DNA of 64,000 bases from Chrysomallon squamiferum (Eukaryota; Animalia; Mollusca): assembly GCA_012295275.1 (NCBI GenBank), contig CM022670.1, positions 12,834,001 to 12,898,000 of the forward strand, written 5' to 3'. Positions 13,091 through 27,876 of this stretch are shown in pieces. The stretch's first letter is position 1; every line of letters starts with the position of its first letter. The notes under the pieces were generated by a model, which did no database searches, was not told where the DNA came from, and was given only the letters and a program-made list of their open reading frames with translations. The translations under genes and the position numbers were made by a program.

Positions 13091-16000
13091 GTAGGAAATA
13101 ACAGGAGAGTGGAAATAAAATAATAATTGTGTGCATGCATGTGGGTTTTTTTTTTATGTTTTGCATGCATGCATATTTCTATATGTGCATGCCTCTGTGT
13201 ATGTGTAGTTGTTTGTTTATATGTTTGTGTGTATCAATAATGCATTAACTTATTTTTGTTTATATAAATTCTTTTAAATTAAATGTATATATGTGCATCT
13301 GTGTGTGTGTGTGTTTTGACATTAGCTCATCTTTGTTTATATTAATTATTTTTTAAATTAAATGTTATCTACACTTTTTTCTTGTTTTAAAGATTAATAC
13401 TGATATAATTTATCAAACTATTTTTTTTCTCTTTTTTAAATAATATCAAATCAATTTTAAAAAATATTTTATAAATAAATTTTTTTTTTTTTTTTTTTAT
13501 TTATAATGTGGGTGTGAATGTTAGGAAATGATAAATATTGATAAATATATCTAAATCTCTTTCCTATAGATACTGTACAGTTTAACCAAAAGAAAAAAAA
13601 GAAAGGAAAAAAGAAATACTTTTTAAACATTTTACATTATAATTACTAAAAGTTAAATACATTCTGTTACTCTTGCAATTTACTTTGAAAAATATAATGC
13701 AGTTACATCAAATTAGGCACACTGAATGTTTTGATTCTTTCAAATTTTGTCATTTTAATTTATGATTACTGTCATGTTAGCATTTTAATTTAAGTGCCTA
13801 ATTTAAACTAGTATCATGTCTAGACACTGCTGCAGGAAGCCACACAGTATGCTACATTACTGTATATGTTAATCTATTTGTACTACCTGTAAACAATCTG
13901 TTGTTTACTACAAGTCTTTGGGGTTTTTTCTTTCATTATCAAAAACATTACTCATGAACAGAAAGTATGTAAGTGAAGTTATTTTTTTAATTATTTTTTG
14001 TGTGAAGTATATATACATGTGCATTTTTGCATGCATGTTCATATACAAATACATTTGCTTCTTACTTTACTTCTGCTACATTACTTTGTGGTAATAAATA
14101 CTAGCAAGTGTTTTATGTAGGTTTTCTGGTCCATCTGTGTATATATCTGTATATACAATTTATATTACTCAGACTGAGATAAATTACATGATGAAAAAAA
14201 ATAATGTACTATTGATTGATGGGTATAATGGTTTGACACATTTGTGACATCTGTACAGGTAAATAATATAGGTGATCAATAAATGAATACTTGCATCTTA
14301 GTATTAATTATCTACCTTTTACATTTTAATGAGATTAATAAAAGTTTAAAACACACTGTAGCATAAGAGTAATTCTATAGTAAATAAATAAATAAAATTA
14401 TTTATATTTTAATGACATGTATGAAACACTGTTAGTTTAAATAAAGTCAATACCAGGTATTATTGTATGTATCATGAAAAAAAATCATTTCTTGGCATAC
14501 TTAATAAATAAAAGAATTTTGTTATGTCAAAATGTTTTTGAGAAGTAATTCAAATAATATTTCTCTGTATTCTATCTTTTAGTTATGTAATAATAATAAT
14601 AATTTTTATTTATTTATTTTTTATGTTATATTTTTTTTCTCAGCAACTCCCCAAATAGCACAAATCTGATATCCTTAAACATTAAGACTGGAGATTAACA
14701 GTGTTACATGTATGTGTTCTTATTTGAAAACATATCACTGGTTTGTGTGCTATTTTAATTAGAACAGAAATCAAGAAAGCATGTACTTGAATTCAGCAAA
14801 TATCTCATGACCAATTTACCTGGTTGAAATTAATAAATGTTCTGGTCATGACATTTTTGTTCACCTGTTGGTGACCTTCTGATTATCATCCAGCCTCCTC
14901 CTTACCAGAGTTTTGTTACAGGTGCTACAAAGGTGTTCAGTGGCCTGTGACCTCAGCCATGAAATTTGATTGACTCACATTCTTACCTGAATAACAGGAT
15001 CCAATTAAACTTGGATTATATTGTCTTGTGTAGATTCTGCTGGATTACCTGTAAATAATAACAAGTTCATAGCTACCTATGTGTTTGAGATGTTCACTTT
15101 GTGAGAACTTTCTTGACAGTCTCATATAAATGTACATCCACTTGTTGATTATTTATCATAAAAAATGGGATAGAATTAATCTTAATTCACTGGGATTATA
15201 TTAATGATGGGCAGATTTGATTGTAGCAGTTTTACTAAAATTCAAGTATTTATGGATGTTAACAGCCAAATGATTTAAAATTAAATTGACAATCCTTTAT
15301 AGGAATTACATTTAGAGCAACAACAGACACTATATTCTAGGTACACACTCATATATGCTGTTTTTGTACAAAATAATTTAATCTCTAAATGCAGTTTTAA
15401 GGATGGTTTTCCTGTTCACAGTATAATAATAGAGATTCACTTCATGTATTATTTCCTGTTTGCATTTGGATGATGATCCTTTATTTTCTTCACATTATTT
15501 CCTTTGTTGTAGTGGGTGTAAAGGGTGCAAGTGAGTGTGTGTTTATCTGTATGTGTGTATGAGTAAAACAAAATGATAGGGAATGAAACACAATGAGAAT
15601 CAGTGTAGACAGATTAATTATGATAACACATTCTTCCTGTACTAGTAATTATAACTATAAGCACTTTTAGCATTTTCTGTGAAAAATAAATAAGTAATGT
15701 TAGTCTTTGAGATTTGTATACAGAAACTTTCTCCCTTTTATTTCATAATTTATTTTGTTTCACTTTTTTAAGGACTGCAAGTGTTGCCATTTCAACTCTA
15801 GTCTTTGAAAGTGAACTCTTTTCTAGGTTGCAGTACATAAAACCTCTTTGGGTATTTTTTCATTCTCATTTTTCTAATTTGTTCTTTTCTTTTTTCTTTT
15901 TATTTCATTTCCCCCCCCCCTTCATTCTGTTTTAAAGTTCATGAAACTATTTTCTATGCAGTAGGATGAAGTAAAATGTTTGCTTACTGCAGTATGATTA

Positions 16001-17010
16001 CACTGAGACAAAGTTAAAGCTGAGACACTAGAGATTCACTTTCTCTGCTCACTCTGCATGCAGTGGCTTTAATCATGTTAATTTAGATAAAACAGTCTCC
16101 AGTGTTAGGTCTGAGATCTGTATGATCAGACTGAAGATAAGAAACAGAGCTTATGTTAGATTCTTTTTACAGACAAGATTTGAGATAATTTTGAATTTCA
16201 TTTTTTAGAGAAAGAAAATATCTCCACAGTCTTTTGGGCTAATCTTACATTTCACTTTATTGCTACAATTTTAAACAGAATGTGATATATTTGAATGATG
16301 TATATATGTCAGTGTGTTAGTAGATGTGAACAAAAAAAAAATCTTGTTTTCTAGTAAGACTTGCAAATGTAGATGTAAAAACAACAAAATGTTAATCAAA
16401 TTTAAACTGATTGTAGTGTGAATCTGTTTTACTTTATATGTCTGGATTAAAACTGATGTACTTTTTTTACTTAATCCATGAACTGTTGTAATTGATACAT
16501 TATGATACGTGTTTGTCCAGAGATCAATATACAAATAAAGTTTTGATATTAGACTTTAAGATTTGTGTAATTCATATATATTAATGCAGAATATATAATT
16601 GACAGTTGGAACTGAACATAAGATGCCAAAGATGTGACTATATTTATAAACATTGTCATATGAGTTAAATTAAAATATATTGATACATCGGTTGAGGTAG
16701 ATAAAGACAAAAGTTCAAGGATGGCTGTCTGTGTAAAACTGTCTAAAGGCTGTCTATGTACAAGTATGTATGGTCATTGGTGAATATAATAACAGAATCA
16801 ATAAAGCTGAAATGGATTTTTTTTCTTTTAAATTAATTTTATTTATTATTGTTATTATTTTATTTTATTTTATTTTATTTCATTTTATTCTTTGGTGGTA
16901 ACACAGATTTTTGAAGTTTAAAAAAAGAACACTTTTTGATGACACATTACCAAATCTGACCTTTACATGAAGTTTTTTTTTTTTTAAACTAATTTTTTTT
17001 TTTTTTCCAG

Positions 17011-17072
17011 ATGAGAGGGATGCAGTTCAAAAGAAGACATTTACCAAATGGGTGAACAAACATCTGCTTAAG
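17011..17072 (+). CDS. shot: Spectraplakin CH1 exon, 62 nt: (D)[20 protein letters not shown]
   Basis: Canonical CH1 start [13 protein letters not shown]. Poly-T + CCAG acceptor and AAG|GTGAGT donor. Confidence 0.97.
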
Positions 17073-18645
17073 GTGAGTTTTTCACTCTCTACATTGGTTA
17101 CATTCAAGTAATAACAAACCTTTTACACAACTTGAAGAAAACAGCTATTAGAAACAATGATATTTCTTTGTTCAGCACTGAATGTCATAGTTTAGAAAAG
17201 CTGTCATTAATTATCATTTCAGAATACCTGTTAAGAAAAAAGAAAAAGAAAATTTGTTATTACCATGTATAGAGCTAGTTAGGATTTTATGTTATTTAAA
17301 TAAAGTGATTATTATAAAAAGTAATCTTTTAAAAATAATTGTGTAATTATTTTTTAATTAAATTCATCTTACTAAAAATGATATGTTTTAACTGATTGAC
17401 CATACAGATAGAGGGGTTGACATTTGCTGTTTCCATACATTAAACTTCTGTGTGTGGTATGTAGAAGATTCAGCTTTCATCCATGTTGTAGTTTAACTCA
17501 AATTAAAGTGATCAGTATTGAAAATGACAAACTGGTTGAACTATTTAACAGAATCAGTGTTTTCTCTATTGGAAAAAATTATGTGCATTGTATAAGGTTT
17601 AAGCAGCAGGTATTAGGATAGAATAATCTAACACAGGGTATTTTTTTTGCATAAGTAAAATTTGTATCCTTTAAATAAGGGTGGTTGATACAGCAAAATG
17701 ACCCTACAGGTTGAATCACCTGTAATCCAAGACATTCCTTGAAGAATCATTTCGGCTAATTGAGATGGTTGGTATTTACACCTGTAAGTTCAGAACATGG
17801 TGTTGTAAACAGACAAACCAAACAAGAGTGGTTATGTAGAATGTAGTATTTGCCCAGGTAAATGTTGTGTCCACGTCACACATTTCTTGCAGTGTTGGAA
17901 AAAAGATGTGGGTCATCAAGGAGTAGAGAAGAGGTCATTTCTGACACCTGACACATTGTGTCATTCTTAGAAGATGTGGGCTGATTAATTCGTGTTAATG
18001 TGGCATTAGTATGTTTATTGCTGGCACAATATATATACAAGTAGAGAAAAAAGTTAATGTGATGTCAACAAAGAGAAATACACAGATCAAATAATATATT
18101 AAAATACCCCCTCTCTTTTTAAAAACAAAAACAATTAAAATAAACAAATGAAATAAATAAATAAATAGATAAGTAATAATGATGAAATAAAATAAAAATC
18201 ATCTGACATTAAAAAGTTCCTGAAATTTGTTTAAATAATATGTATTTATAATTAATACCTACCAGTAAATAATAATATACTTTATGCATATATATAATCT
18301 ATGTTTACATTTCTGAAACATTTGTATTAATTTATTTAAAATATCTGCAAATAATGTATTGTTTACACAAACTTTTTCATATATAATATTTATTTATTTT
18401 CTCTCCATAAAAGAAGAACACATTACTGATATGCTTATGCAATGAATAGTTCTAGATTAAATTATTAATTTTTTTTTTTTTTAATGTTCAGTAAAAATAC
18501 CATAGAAATATCTTAATATATGCAGTTATATGTTATCAAACAGCTGTTAAATCAAAATCCTCTTTCTTTCTTTTTTTATAACTTTTTTTTCTCTCTCTCT
18601 CCTTTTCGATTTTTACTTGACAATAATATATTGAAACACATGTTT

Positions 18646-19145
18646 GCTAAAAGCAGAAAGAGTGTTTTCTAAAGTAAAATGAGCAGGTTACATGCATGGA
18701 ACATTTTGAGATAAGATCTGATGTATAGAGACAACAATTTGTTTCGGAATAACTAATTTTACAGATTTTTGTATTCGACAAATGAATTTTGGTTAAAAAT
18801 ACATTTCTCCCTCTGCATTCTATGCTTTGGCGTATAATAATTTGTTCAAATTGTAGGTTTACAACTATTGTATTTCCTGAAAGAATGTATCCCTAAATAA
18901 AATAAAACATTAAAAAAAAGAAAAAAAAAAAAAAAAAAGAACAACGGAATAGGAAAGAAGTGCACAAAAACAACAGAAAATGCAGAAAATAAACAAAAAT
19001 ATTTCACACACCCACCCATTTTTTTTTCCTATGTGATAAATTTCTGGAGAACATAGCTGCTAAAAGCAGAAAGACTTTTTTTTCTGAACTTAGAAAAGAA
19101 GGTTACATTGTTTGAACATTCCGAGATAAGACCAGATGTAGAGAG
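18646..19145 (+). repeat. Diverged direct duplication of about 90 bp (copies near 18646-18735 and 19059-19145)
   Basis: GCTAAAAGCAGAAAGA...AGGTTACAT...GAACATT..GAGATAAGA...GATGTA.AGAG is present in both copies. Confidence 0.8.
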
Positions 19146-22100
19146 GATGATTCAGACAGATGGCTCTGCAGGAAGATTTTGTAGCAGATTTTCAAAGATA
19201 GGAATTCTCCATGCATCATTTGCACCTGCCAGTCTTCTCACTTTTAGTTCACAATTTCAGTGATAGGAATTTGATAACAGTGCAGAAACCCTTTGTCCTG
19301 TTTTAGTTCACAGCTCAAGATAGGAGTGGATTGCAGCATTCTGAATCCCATTGCAAGATAGTGTTGGCTATCATATCTTACAGATTTAAATTTTCATTAT
19401 TTTTTGTTATTTTTTTTTAAAACCAAAAGTGTTGACAACAACAAATCATAAGCAGTGATGATAATAACAAGAGACCCTCAATAGAACTTTATCAAAATAT
19501 ACTGATTTTTTTTTTTTATGCTATTGTTGAGGAGTGGTTTGGCTTTGGGGGTGTATATTTTTAAATAAGGAGGGGGAAAAACATATTTTCACCTGCCTTT
19601 GGTCAAAGTAGTGGATTATTTTGCATCCTGTAATATTAATTCTATTTTTCATAATGAGAAAAAAAGTAGGATTAATATTAAAGGATGCAAAATAAAATAT
19701 TACCTAGCACCCAAGGCTAGTAAAAATGTTGTTTCAACCAGTAATTGCAGCATGAAGATAGACTGTAGGGAGGTGCCAAGCTCAAGGCTGCCATGGACCT
19801 TGCTGTGCAGGTATAATTCAAATCATGCCACCCAGCTGACTTCTATAGATTCAGAACTTCATTCAAATCCTAATACTATCCTGATCAAAAGGTAGAAAAT
19901 GAAGAAATCATTTACCTGAGCAGACACAATTTATTTGTGTGTGGATGAACAGATACTGTTTTACTTAATGAAAAGACAAGCAGAAAATATTACTTGTATT
20001 GAAACATCCAGTTACTAATTATATTTCATGACAGTTATTTTCACATCAGGGCTATTGTTTTTGAGTTGAATGTTGAGACTTTGTTGTGAAATCTTGCATA
20101 TTTCTCCCATTAAATAAATCATTCTGTCTGAATTCTGGCAGTATCAAAGGCTGGAGTATATGTTTCATTGCATGACCATCTCAGTGTGATTGATTTATGC
20201 CCCAGGTACTTGAAGAACAAGTTTCTTGAAGGAACCATTGCTACAGGCTGGAAAAGAAAATATCCAGAAATACTAGTAGGATGAGCAGATTATCCTTTAG
20301 ACAGTAACAAAACTGGTTAATAGAATGATGCTTAATGGATAGATGCATCTGTCTTTATCACTACCTTTTTTGTAATTTCTAAAAAAAAAAAAAAATTCAA
20401 AGCGTATGATACATTCTTTATTATTTGTTGTTAGACACACACATAAAATAGCCCTTGGCAAACTGCAAGAAAACATCATATGAGACAGTAGATTTCTTTT
20501 CACTTTAAAACTATTTTAAATCTGTTAAATGTAGTAAACAACTTTCTTTGAAATTTAGATTATTTTTTAAATTACCTTTATCTGCTATAATCTAAAAAGA
20601 GCACACATAAATGTCCTAAAGATACTGACATTTTTTCTAGTTCAAAAACTACTGCAATTTATTAAAAGTATTTTCCTTTAATGGATACTAATAAATCAAT
20701 TTCATTGAAATATATCTAATGTCCTAGAAAAAAGAAATGTTTTATTTGAGCTGCCATTAATCATTTATATTTGAACATTGTTAAAATAAAAATTGTATTG
20801 CAGTATATATAGTAGCATAATGCTAACAAGATTAATTTCTCAAATAATTTTATTGCATAAAAAAATGTTTATTGGACTACGCTGACAATGGATCAAATAT
20901 TAAGAGATAATAAATAAAGAATTTATTATTTTAAATTAAATATTTACATATTTTTGTATCGCTCTTTAATCAAATATAATACTTTAGACCTCACAGATTA
21001 ATTTATATCCTATAGTCATATTTCTGCTTTGCCCACCTGGAAAAGGTCATTGACCAGTGGTCATTATACACATTCAATGGGGCTACTAAGGTCCATTTTA
21101 TTGTATATAACAAGCTGGAGAAGCCACTCAAGTGTGTAGAAAGGATCAACACTGGTTTTTAGCTACCTTATGTTGTAAATTGTGTGGCTGTCTGGGTATA
21201 GGGAAAGTTTTTAACATACTTGATAAAGCAAGCTGTTATGTATATGTACAGTCCAGCAGACAGGGTTGGACAAATATAGGCTTACATTAGAGTATTGAAA
21301 GCACAGTAAATTAGATAGAGCATAAATTAAAGAAATTAACTATAATCAAAATACTTATAACCTGTTATCTTTTTTATGTTTATTCTTCTGAAAAGATTTA
21401 AAGAAGGGTATCTTTAAAATTTTAAAAAGAAATATTCTAAAAGAAAAGAAAAGAAAATAATTTAATATAACATGAACATGTAAGAATATTACTGTGATAA
21501 ATATATTAGTATGACATGTTTGTACAGATTTGACATCTGATTTACAAACATTCAAGCCTAAGATTAATTTATAATCTTTTTTTAAAATTGTTTTTCATTC
21601 TTTATTACATCAAATGTTTTTGAAATGTGGATAACCTTTTCTTTAAAAAAAATACACTTTCCAAACATTTATGTATATTGTATTTCAGACCTTTGAGTAA
21701 ATGTGACACTGTGCATATGTTATTGTCAACAATAATATTACTTAAAAGAGTCAATTTTTCATGTATATGTTTTTTCTTTCATTTTTCATTTTTTTTTTTT
21801 TTTTTTTTTTTTTTTTCTGTACATGAACAAGGAAAAGGAAAACTCAAACTGTGGAAAACAGTTAATATTGTTTTTTTTTCATTTCCTTATTTTAGTTTTC
21901 TGTGTTTTTAAACACACAAAGAAACATCAACTTTAAATATTTCGGTTGTGTGGTTTTTGTGACCCAGCCTACAGCATTCTTGAGTATCTTGACACATATG
22001 AGAACAGCAAAAACAAATCTAATATATTTCATATCCTGAAGTGATTTTATCAAAGTAAATTGTTTTGGCAATGTGTTCTTTCTCATAGTTAGAATCAGTA

Positions 22101-23710
22101 CTTGTGCTATAATATCACTACCCATATTGCCATTGCTAATGTTTTATATATATATATGTATATATATATATAATGTTATATATATATATATGTATTTCGA
22201 TTCACCAAATGCTCTGTTCATTTTCCATCCTTCTGTCTTCTTCTAACTGCTACCTGATCATTTTCTCATTCTGTAACAATAATGTTTTGTTTTAATAAGA
22301 CAACGAAAGAAATTGATGTAAGATTCTTCATTTATTTACTGTTTCAAAGATTTTATTAAGAATGAGGACAACTAATAGTATAATTTATGCATGACCTTGG
22401 TTATGAAGTCCATGCTGTTTCATAGGTCTGAATAGATTTTCCAAGCTGGTGATTCCTTTCAGGAAATATTTCATGAATAGACAGGTGAGAGACAAATCAA
22501 CAAGTTATCTTCAAGGGTTCAGAACTGAAAATATTCTTTTCAAATTTGTCATCTGGGATTGGCCTTCTTCAAGATGTTTTTGAGCAAACATTTGGTGAAA
22601 TATTATTAGGCATCCTCTTTTTTACTTCATTGCTGATAGTTTTTGCTTCCCTGTTTTCCTTCTTGTTGTATCTAATGCAGTATTATCATGTAGATGGTGA
22701 ATTTGAATTTGACTAAACTTTGTCTTTGAAAGTAAGATGTTAGAAGTTTCAGTTGACATTTTCCTGATTAAAGCTATCAGTTTTTAATTAATTCGTTGAT
22801 GAAAAATTGCCAGGTGAACACTCTACCACAGTTTGAGCAATGCTTTTCTTTCTTTCTTTTTATTTTTTTCAAAAATATTGTTTTACTGTACATTTTTAAT
22901 CAAAATTTTCCAATTTTTATTTTTCAACACAACATGTGGCCATAATGTATTTATTTCATTTTTTAATAATAATGCCTATGAATTCAATTGCTGATGATAT
23001 TAGTGTGAATAAACCTTGTTCAGACATGTTTAATGTAATTTTAAAAAGGAACAGTTAAATAATAAATAAATAAATAAATAAATAAATAAATAGAATAAAA
23101 TGTTTAAGATATAGAGCAAATGTGCAATAAGTGATTTAAGTTTGGTAATTTATGTGAAAAAAATAATTATGAAGGTTATTTAAACTTTACATTTTTCTTT
23201 TTTTTTTTTTTCCTCTTTAATATCACTGGATTTTTAAAATGGTTTAGATTGTTTTCTTATTTTGTATATTTTTTATTTCCTGTTGGTATGACCTTGTTTT
23301 ATATTTTTATTATCTTTATTTAATTATAAATTATACAACTTCTGGATGTAAAAGTAATTTATAAGTGCAAGTAACAACTAATATAAAAGTACATTTACCA
23401 TAAAGCATTGTTAAAATAAATTAATACAGACTAACAATGGTTTCAGATTGATAACTGCATCATAAAAATATAAATTATTAGTTATTGAGCTTTTTCACAG
23501 TCCATTCAGTGCATAATTTATTGAGCAGAACACACATGCTCTCATATCTGTTGAATGTAAAAGATAACTCTGGCTGTTAATTAATACACAGGTCATTAAG
23601 TGGCAGAAGCTTTTTTTTTTTTTACCTCTTTCATAATCAGTATTATTTAAACATTGTACCTTTGATAATTAACAATTTATTACAAAGATTACATGTGGAT
23701 GTGTCATTAA

Positions 23711-23941
23711 ACAAATATGCATTCAGTTTTAGCATTCTGTTTCATCTACTTTCACTTTTAACAGAATTCTTTGAAATTCATAGCCACACAAATATACATT
23801 CAGTTTTAGCATTCTGTTTTATCTACTTTCACTTTCAACAGAATTCTTTGAAATTCATAATCACACAAATATGCATTCAGTTTTAGCATTCTGTTTTATC
23901 TACTTTCACTTTCAACAGAATTCTTTGAACTTCATAGCCCA
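23711..23941. repeat. 77-bp tandem repeat, 3 copies
   Basis: Units start at 23711, 23788 and 23865 with ACAAATAT(G/A)CATTCAGTTTTAGCATTCTGTTT. Confidence 0.95.
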
Positions 23942-26900
23942 CTCCTTTCACTGACATCTCCAAAGGAAACCTAACTGCAGACTTCAGGTATTCATTCTTA
24001 CCTGTCATTATCCGTCTCCATGCTGTAAAGCAAACAATAAACTGATTGTTGAGCGAGTTGTTTGTTATAAAAATACCTTTGTGCTGAAAGTTTTTACCTG
24101 CCCAGATACAGCTGTCTGTTTTTTTGTTGGATTTTTTTGGAGCAGATCTATCCATGTTTATCATAAGGGTCTGGATTGACAGATTAATTACAGATAAATC
24201 CATAATATTACAATACATAATGTAGAATAGGAAGACCAGTTTTTAAAACTCAGTAATGTTAGCTGGCACTAGACAAAATGAAGTGATATTTAATAGTACT
24301 AAGCAACACTTAAACCTTAACTGAACACAAATATAGCAAATAATGCCTTCCCTCCTGTCAATGACACAGAGGTTGTATGAGATTTCTGAGACTAGCCAAG
24401 CCCAGATCTGTTAGTGTCAGATCTTGTCTAAATGTTATCAGAATAGCATGTGTTAGCAAATTCATTTATGTGCAGAAAGGTTAATCCTTGACTCTAGTTC
24501 CTGTAATGAACATAAAACCTGATGTTGTTAACATATAGAAATCCATAAATCTTCTTTTAAATCTTTCACTTAAGAAAATAAATAAATAAATAAATAAACA
24601 AAACAAAACAAAAAATATAATCTGTAAGGTAATTTAAAGAAATCTGTTCAAATATAAGCAGTAAAAAAAAAAAAAAAAAAAAAAAAATTTAAATATATAA
24701 AATATATAGTATTTTCAATTATGATCAGAATATGATTAAACAAAAACTAATGGTAATCAAGATTAAAACAGGCTATTTCAGATTTAAATGCCATATAATG
24801 TTGGTTTTATTCATTTTAGCCATTTAGGACTAAGAAGCATAGTTTAAAATGTTTGTTTTATAAGAATATAAAGAAACATTATATTAGTCATTCACAATCA
24901 CACCTGTTAACCTAAGGGTATTAAGTACAGGCAGTATAGTTATCACAGGTGGTTCTCAATTAGATTATAGATTATCATTTTGATTAGATTATCTGTTGGA
25001 TTATCCCAGAGATGTCCACCTTTTGGGTGTAACAAAATGATAAAAAAAAAACTTAAACAAATAAACCTGCAGGTTCTATCATTCTAATCTACTTTGAGAT
25101 GTTTTGTTATCACTCAGGATCATTTGTTTCGTTACTTGTATCATCAAAAAATCATCGTTGTTGTCCTGTCTCATGGAAAAGATAATGTCTACCAAAAAAA
25201 GATACATCTCCACGAGTCTTGTGGAAGTATAGCATTTGGCATACATTTCAAAAAGCAATATCATATATAATTATTTAAATACTATGTTAACATAAATGTG
25301 TACTTGGTCAAAGACACACACACACACACACATGCTCTAAATATAGAGCTCTTATAAATTGACATTTTACAGCCATTAACCTATCTGACAAAAATAAACT
25401 TTGTGATTCACAGTATAGTATTAATTAAATGATTAATCACTTTCTTGGTAACAGTCATTAAACTGAGATCAGAGTGAAAGATTTACATACTTACAAAGCT
25501 CAAGGCTTAGTTATTTAGAACTAACATTGCTGCCCACACTTACACCTGCAGGTAAAAATGTCAACAACAGGTGGGAAAATCTTTTAACATTTGATTTCTA
25601 TCTTCTGTAGGAATGTGACATGTGTTAATATCTCTAGGTGTGAAGTTCAGAGTGATTTTTGTGGTTCATATTTGATAATGATAATGATGGCAGTTACAAG
25701 AAGCTACATGTCAGTACCCATTTTCTGAAGTCAGATTGTGTTTTCCACTTCACCTTTGTACAGAGGATGTTTCAGTGACCCTCTCAGACCATCTCAGTTG
25801 GTTATTGATAGCTTGGAGAAAATTTAAAAATTTAAAGAAAAAGCCATCATCAAAACAGAACAGCAAATAGATGAAATAAAGTATAAAAATAATATTTGTT
25901 TGATATAGGCTCTGATCAATACTATCATAAAGATTCAGTAACAAAAAGAAATGGGATAACATGTGTAGGTATTGTGAATAAAGGAAATAAAAATGCTATT
26001 AAAAATAAACAATGATACATAAAATATATTTATTTTTACATATTTATAAGGTTCTTTTGGGAATTTTTTTTTTTTCTTTTTTAAGGAGTGGTTAGTATAA
26101 GTTGAAATTGAAACTACAAATTTGTATTTCTCATAATTTTCTCCCTGATCATCATTTTTACATAACCTGATTGTTGATAACTGTTTCTTTTGTTGACTTG
26201 AAGCAAACTAATAAAATGTTCACGAAACCTTTAACAATAATATGTATTATTGACATTGTTGTTGTACACAACATGTTGCATGTTGCATGTCACATGTCGC
26301 ATTGCTTATCTTTTAACATTACCCTCAACACAATAGGTTTTGCTTAATATTTCATTCATGGAACAAATACTGAACCCTGGGTGTCTGCAAGATTTCTAGT
26401 TTGATGAGTCTCCTCTTTTGTAAACAGCTGATTCATCTGTAACATGATATGAAAATACTTGACACGATGTATTTGTATAGGTAATGTTATAGCTGGCATC
26501 AGATAGCTCTGTGCCAGCAGCTTATGTACTTGCAGATATGTTCATGTACAGATACAATCATGAAGCTGCTATCTGGGAAATAAATTACCTTGGGTGGAGA
26601 AATTTGAAAGGAAATGAATGCCAGTACATGGTGATTTCTCAGCATGTTATTTAATCACTGGTTGTGCAATGTCTCTCATGTGTAATTATTTTCATATTTC
26701 TTCCATAAGCTAGAGAAAACTGCTGTAATATTAAATGGTGTTCAAAAATGCATTAAACAGGAAAGAAGCAGTTGACTGCATTTTTATATATATATATATT
26801 TATTTTATAAATTGTTTTTTCTTCTGTATTTCAGAATGTTGTTTTATTTCTTAATTTATAATTAAAAAAAAAATTTATATGTTTATTTACTGTTTTTGTT

Positions 26901-27766
26901 TTTTAATATTCCATTAATTATCTCTCTGGAATTTCAGTGAATGCAATTACAAAGATAAGCAAAACATTTAATTTTGATGTGTACTTACTCAGTTAACAAC
27001 CACTTATTCATTTACTTAAGTTCATTTACTCATAACATTCCAATATCCCCTTGCATTCATTCATAACTCATGTCATATATTCAGTTAACATTCCATACAT
27101 CTGGAGTAAGACTACAAAGATTATCTAATCCATAAACATTTTGTGCAAAAGTGCCCCATATCTCTGCATCCATTGTTTTAATATCTATGTTCATGCTCTC
27201 TGAGTTTATACATACAGCAAATCCTAATATATTTCAAAATTATAAAACCAACATTCTCAACTCTATTTCTACCTCTGTCTCTAAACAAGATACTTATGTT
27301 TGCACACACCTTTCTCCAGGTCTGTATATTTTTGATTTCCAAAGTTAAGTGTATCTTGGGTTCCCCAAGTCCACTTAAATATAATTAATTCAGTTGGCTT
27401 TATAATTGTTTATTGTCTATTGTATTATGCACTGAAAGACGAGCTTAAAGGTGGGATCCTTCCAGAAGCGTTTGATGGGCAAGCTGCTTGGATTAAATAT
27501 GTAACACTGTAACAGTGGGTGTATACTTTATCCCTCTAAGTGGGGTCAATCCCTTGACCTTTGTAAGGTCAGGTGTTTGTGTACGTTTTGTGTATGTTTT
27601 GTGTAAGTTCCACCACCAGACGAGCACATTAAGATGGCACCCTGCCAGTTATTTTGCATTTACAATCTTTACTGTAGTTTTGAAAACAGAAAAAAGAAAA
27701 AAGAAAAGAATGTAAAAATGATTACATCTCCACACCTGAAATTACCAACAGTGTTGGAAAAAAAAA

Positions 27767-27809
27767 ATATATATATGTATGTATATATGTGTGTTTGTTT
27801 GTGTGTGGA

Positions 27810-27844
<35 letters not shown>

Positions 27845-27845
27845 C

Positions 27846-27876
<31 letters not shown>

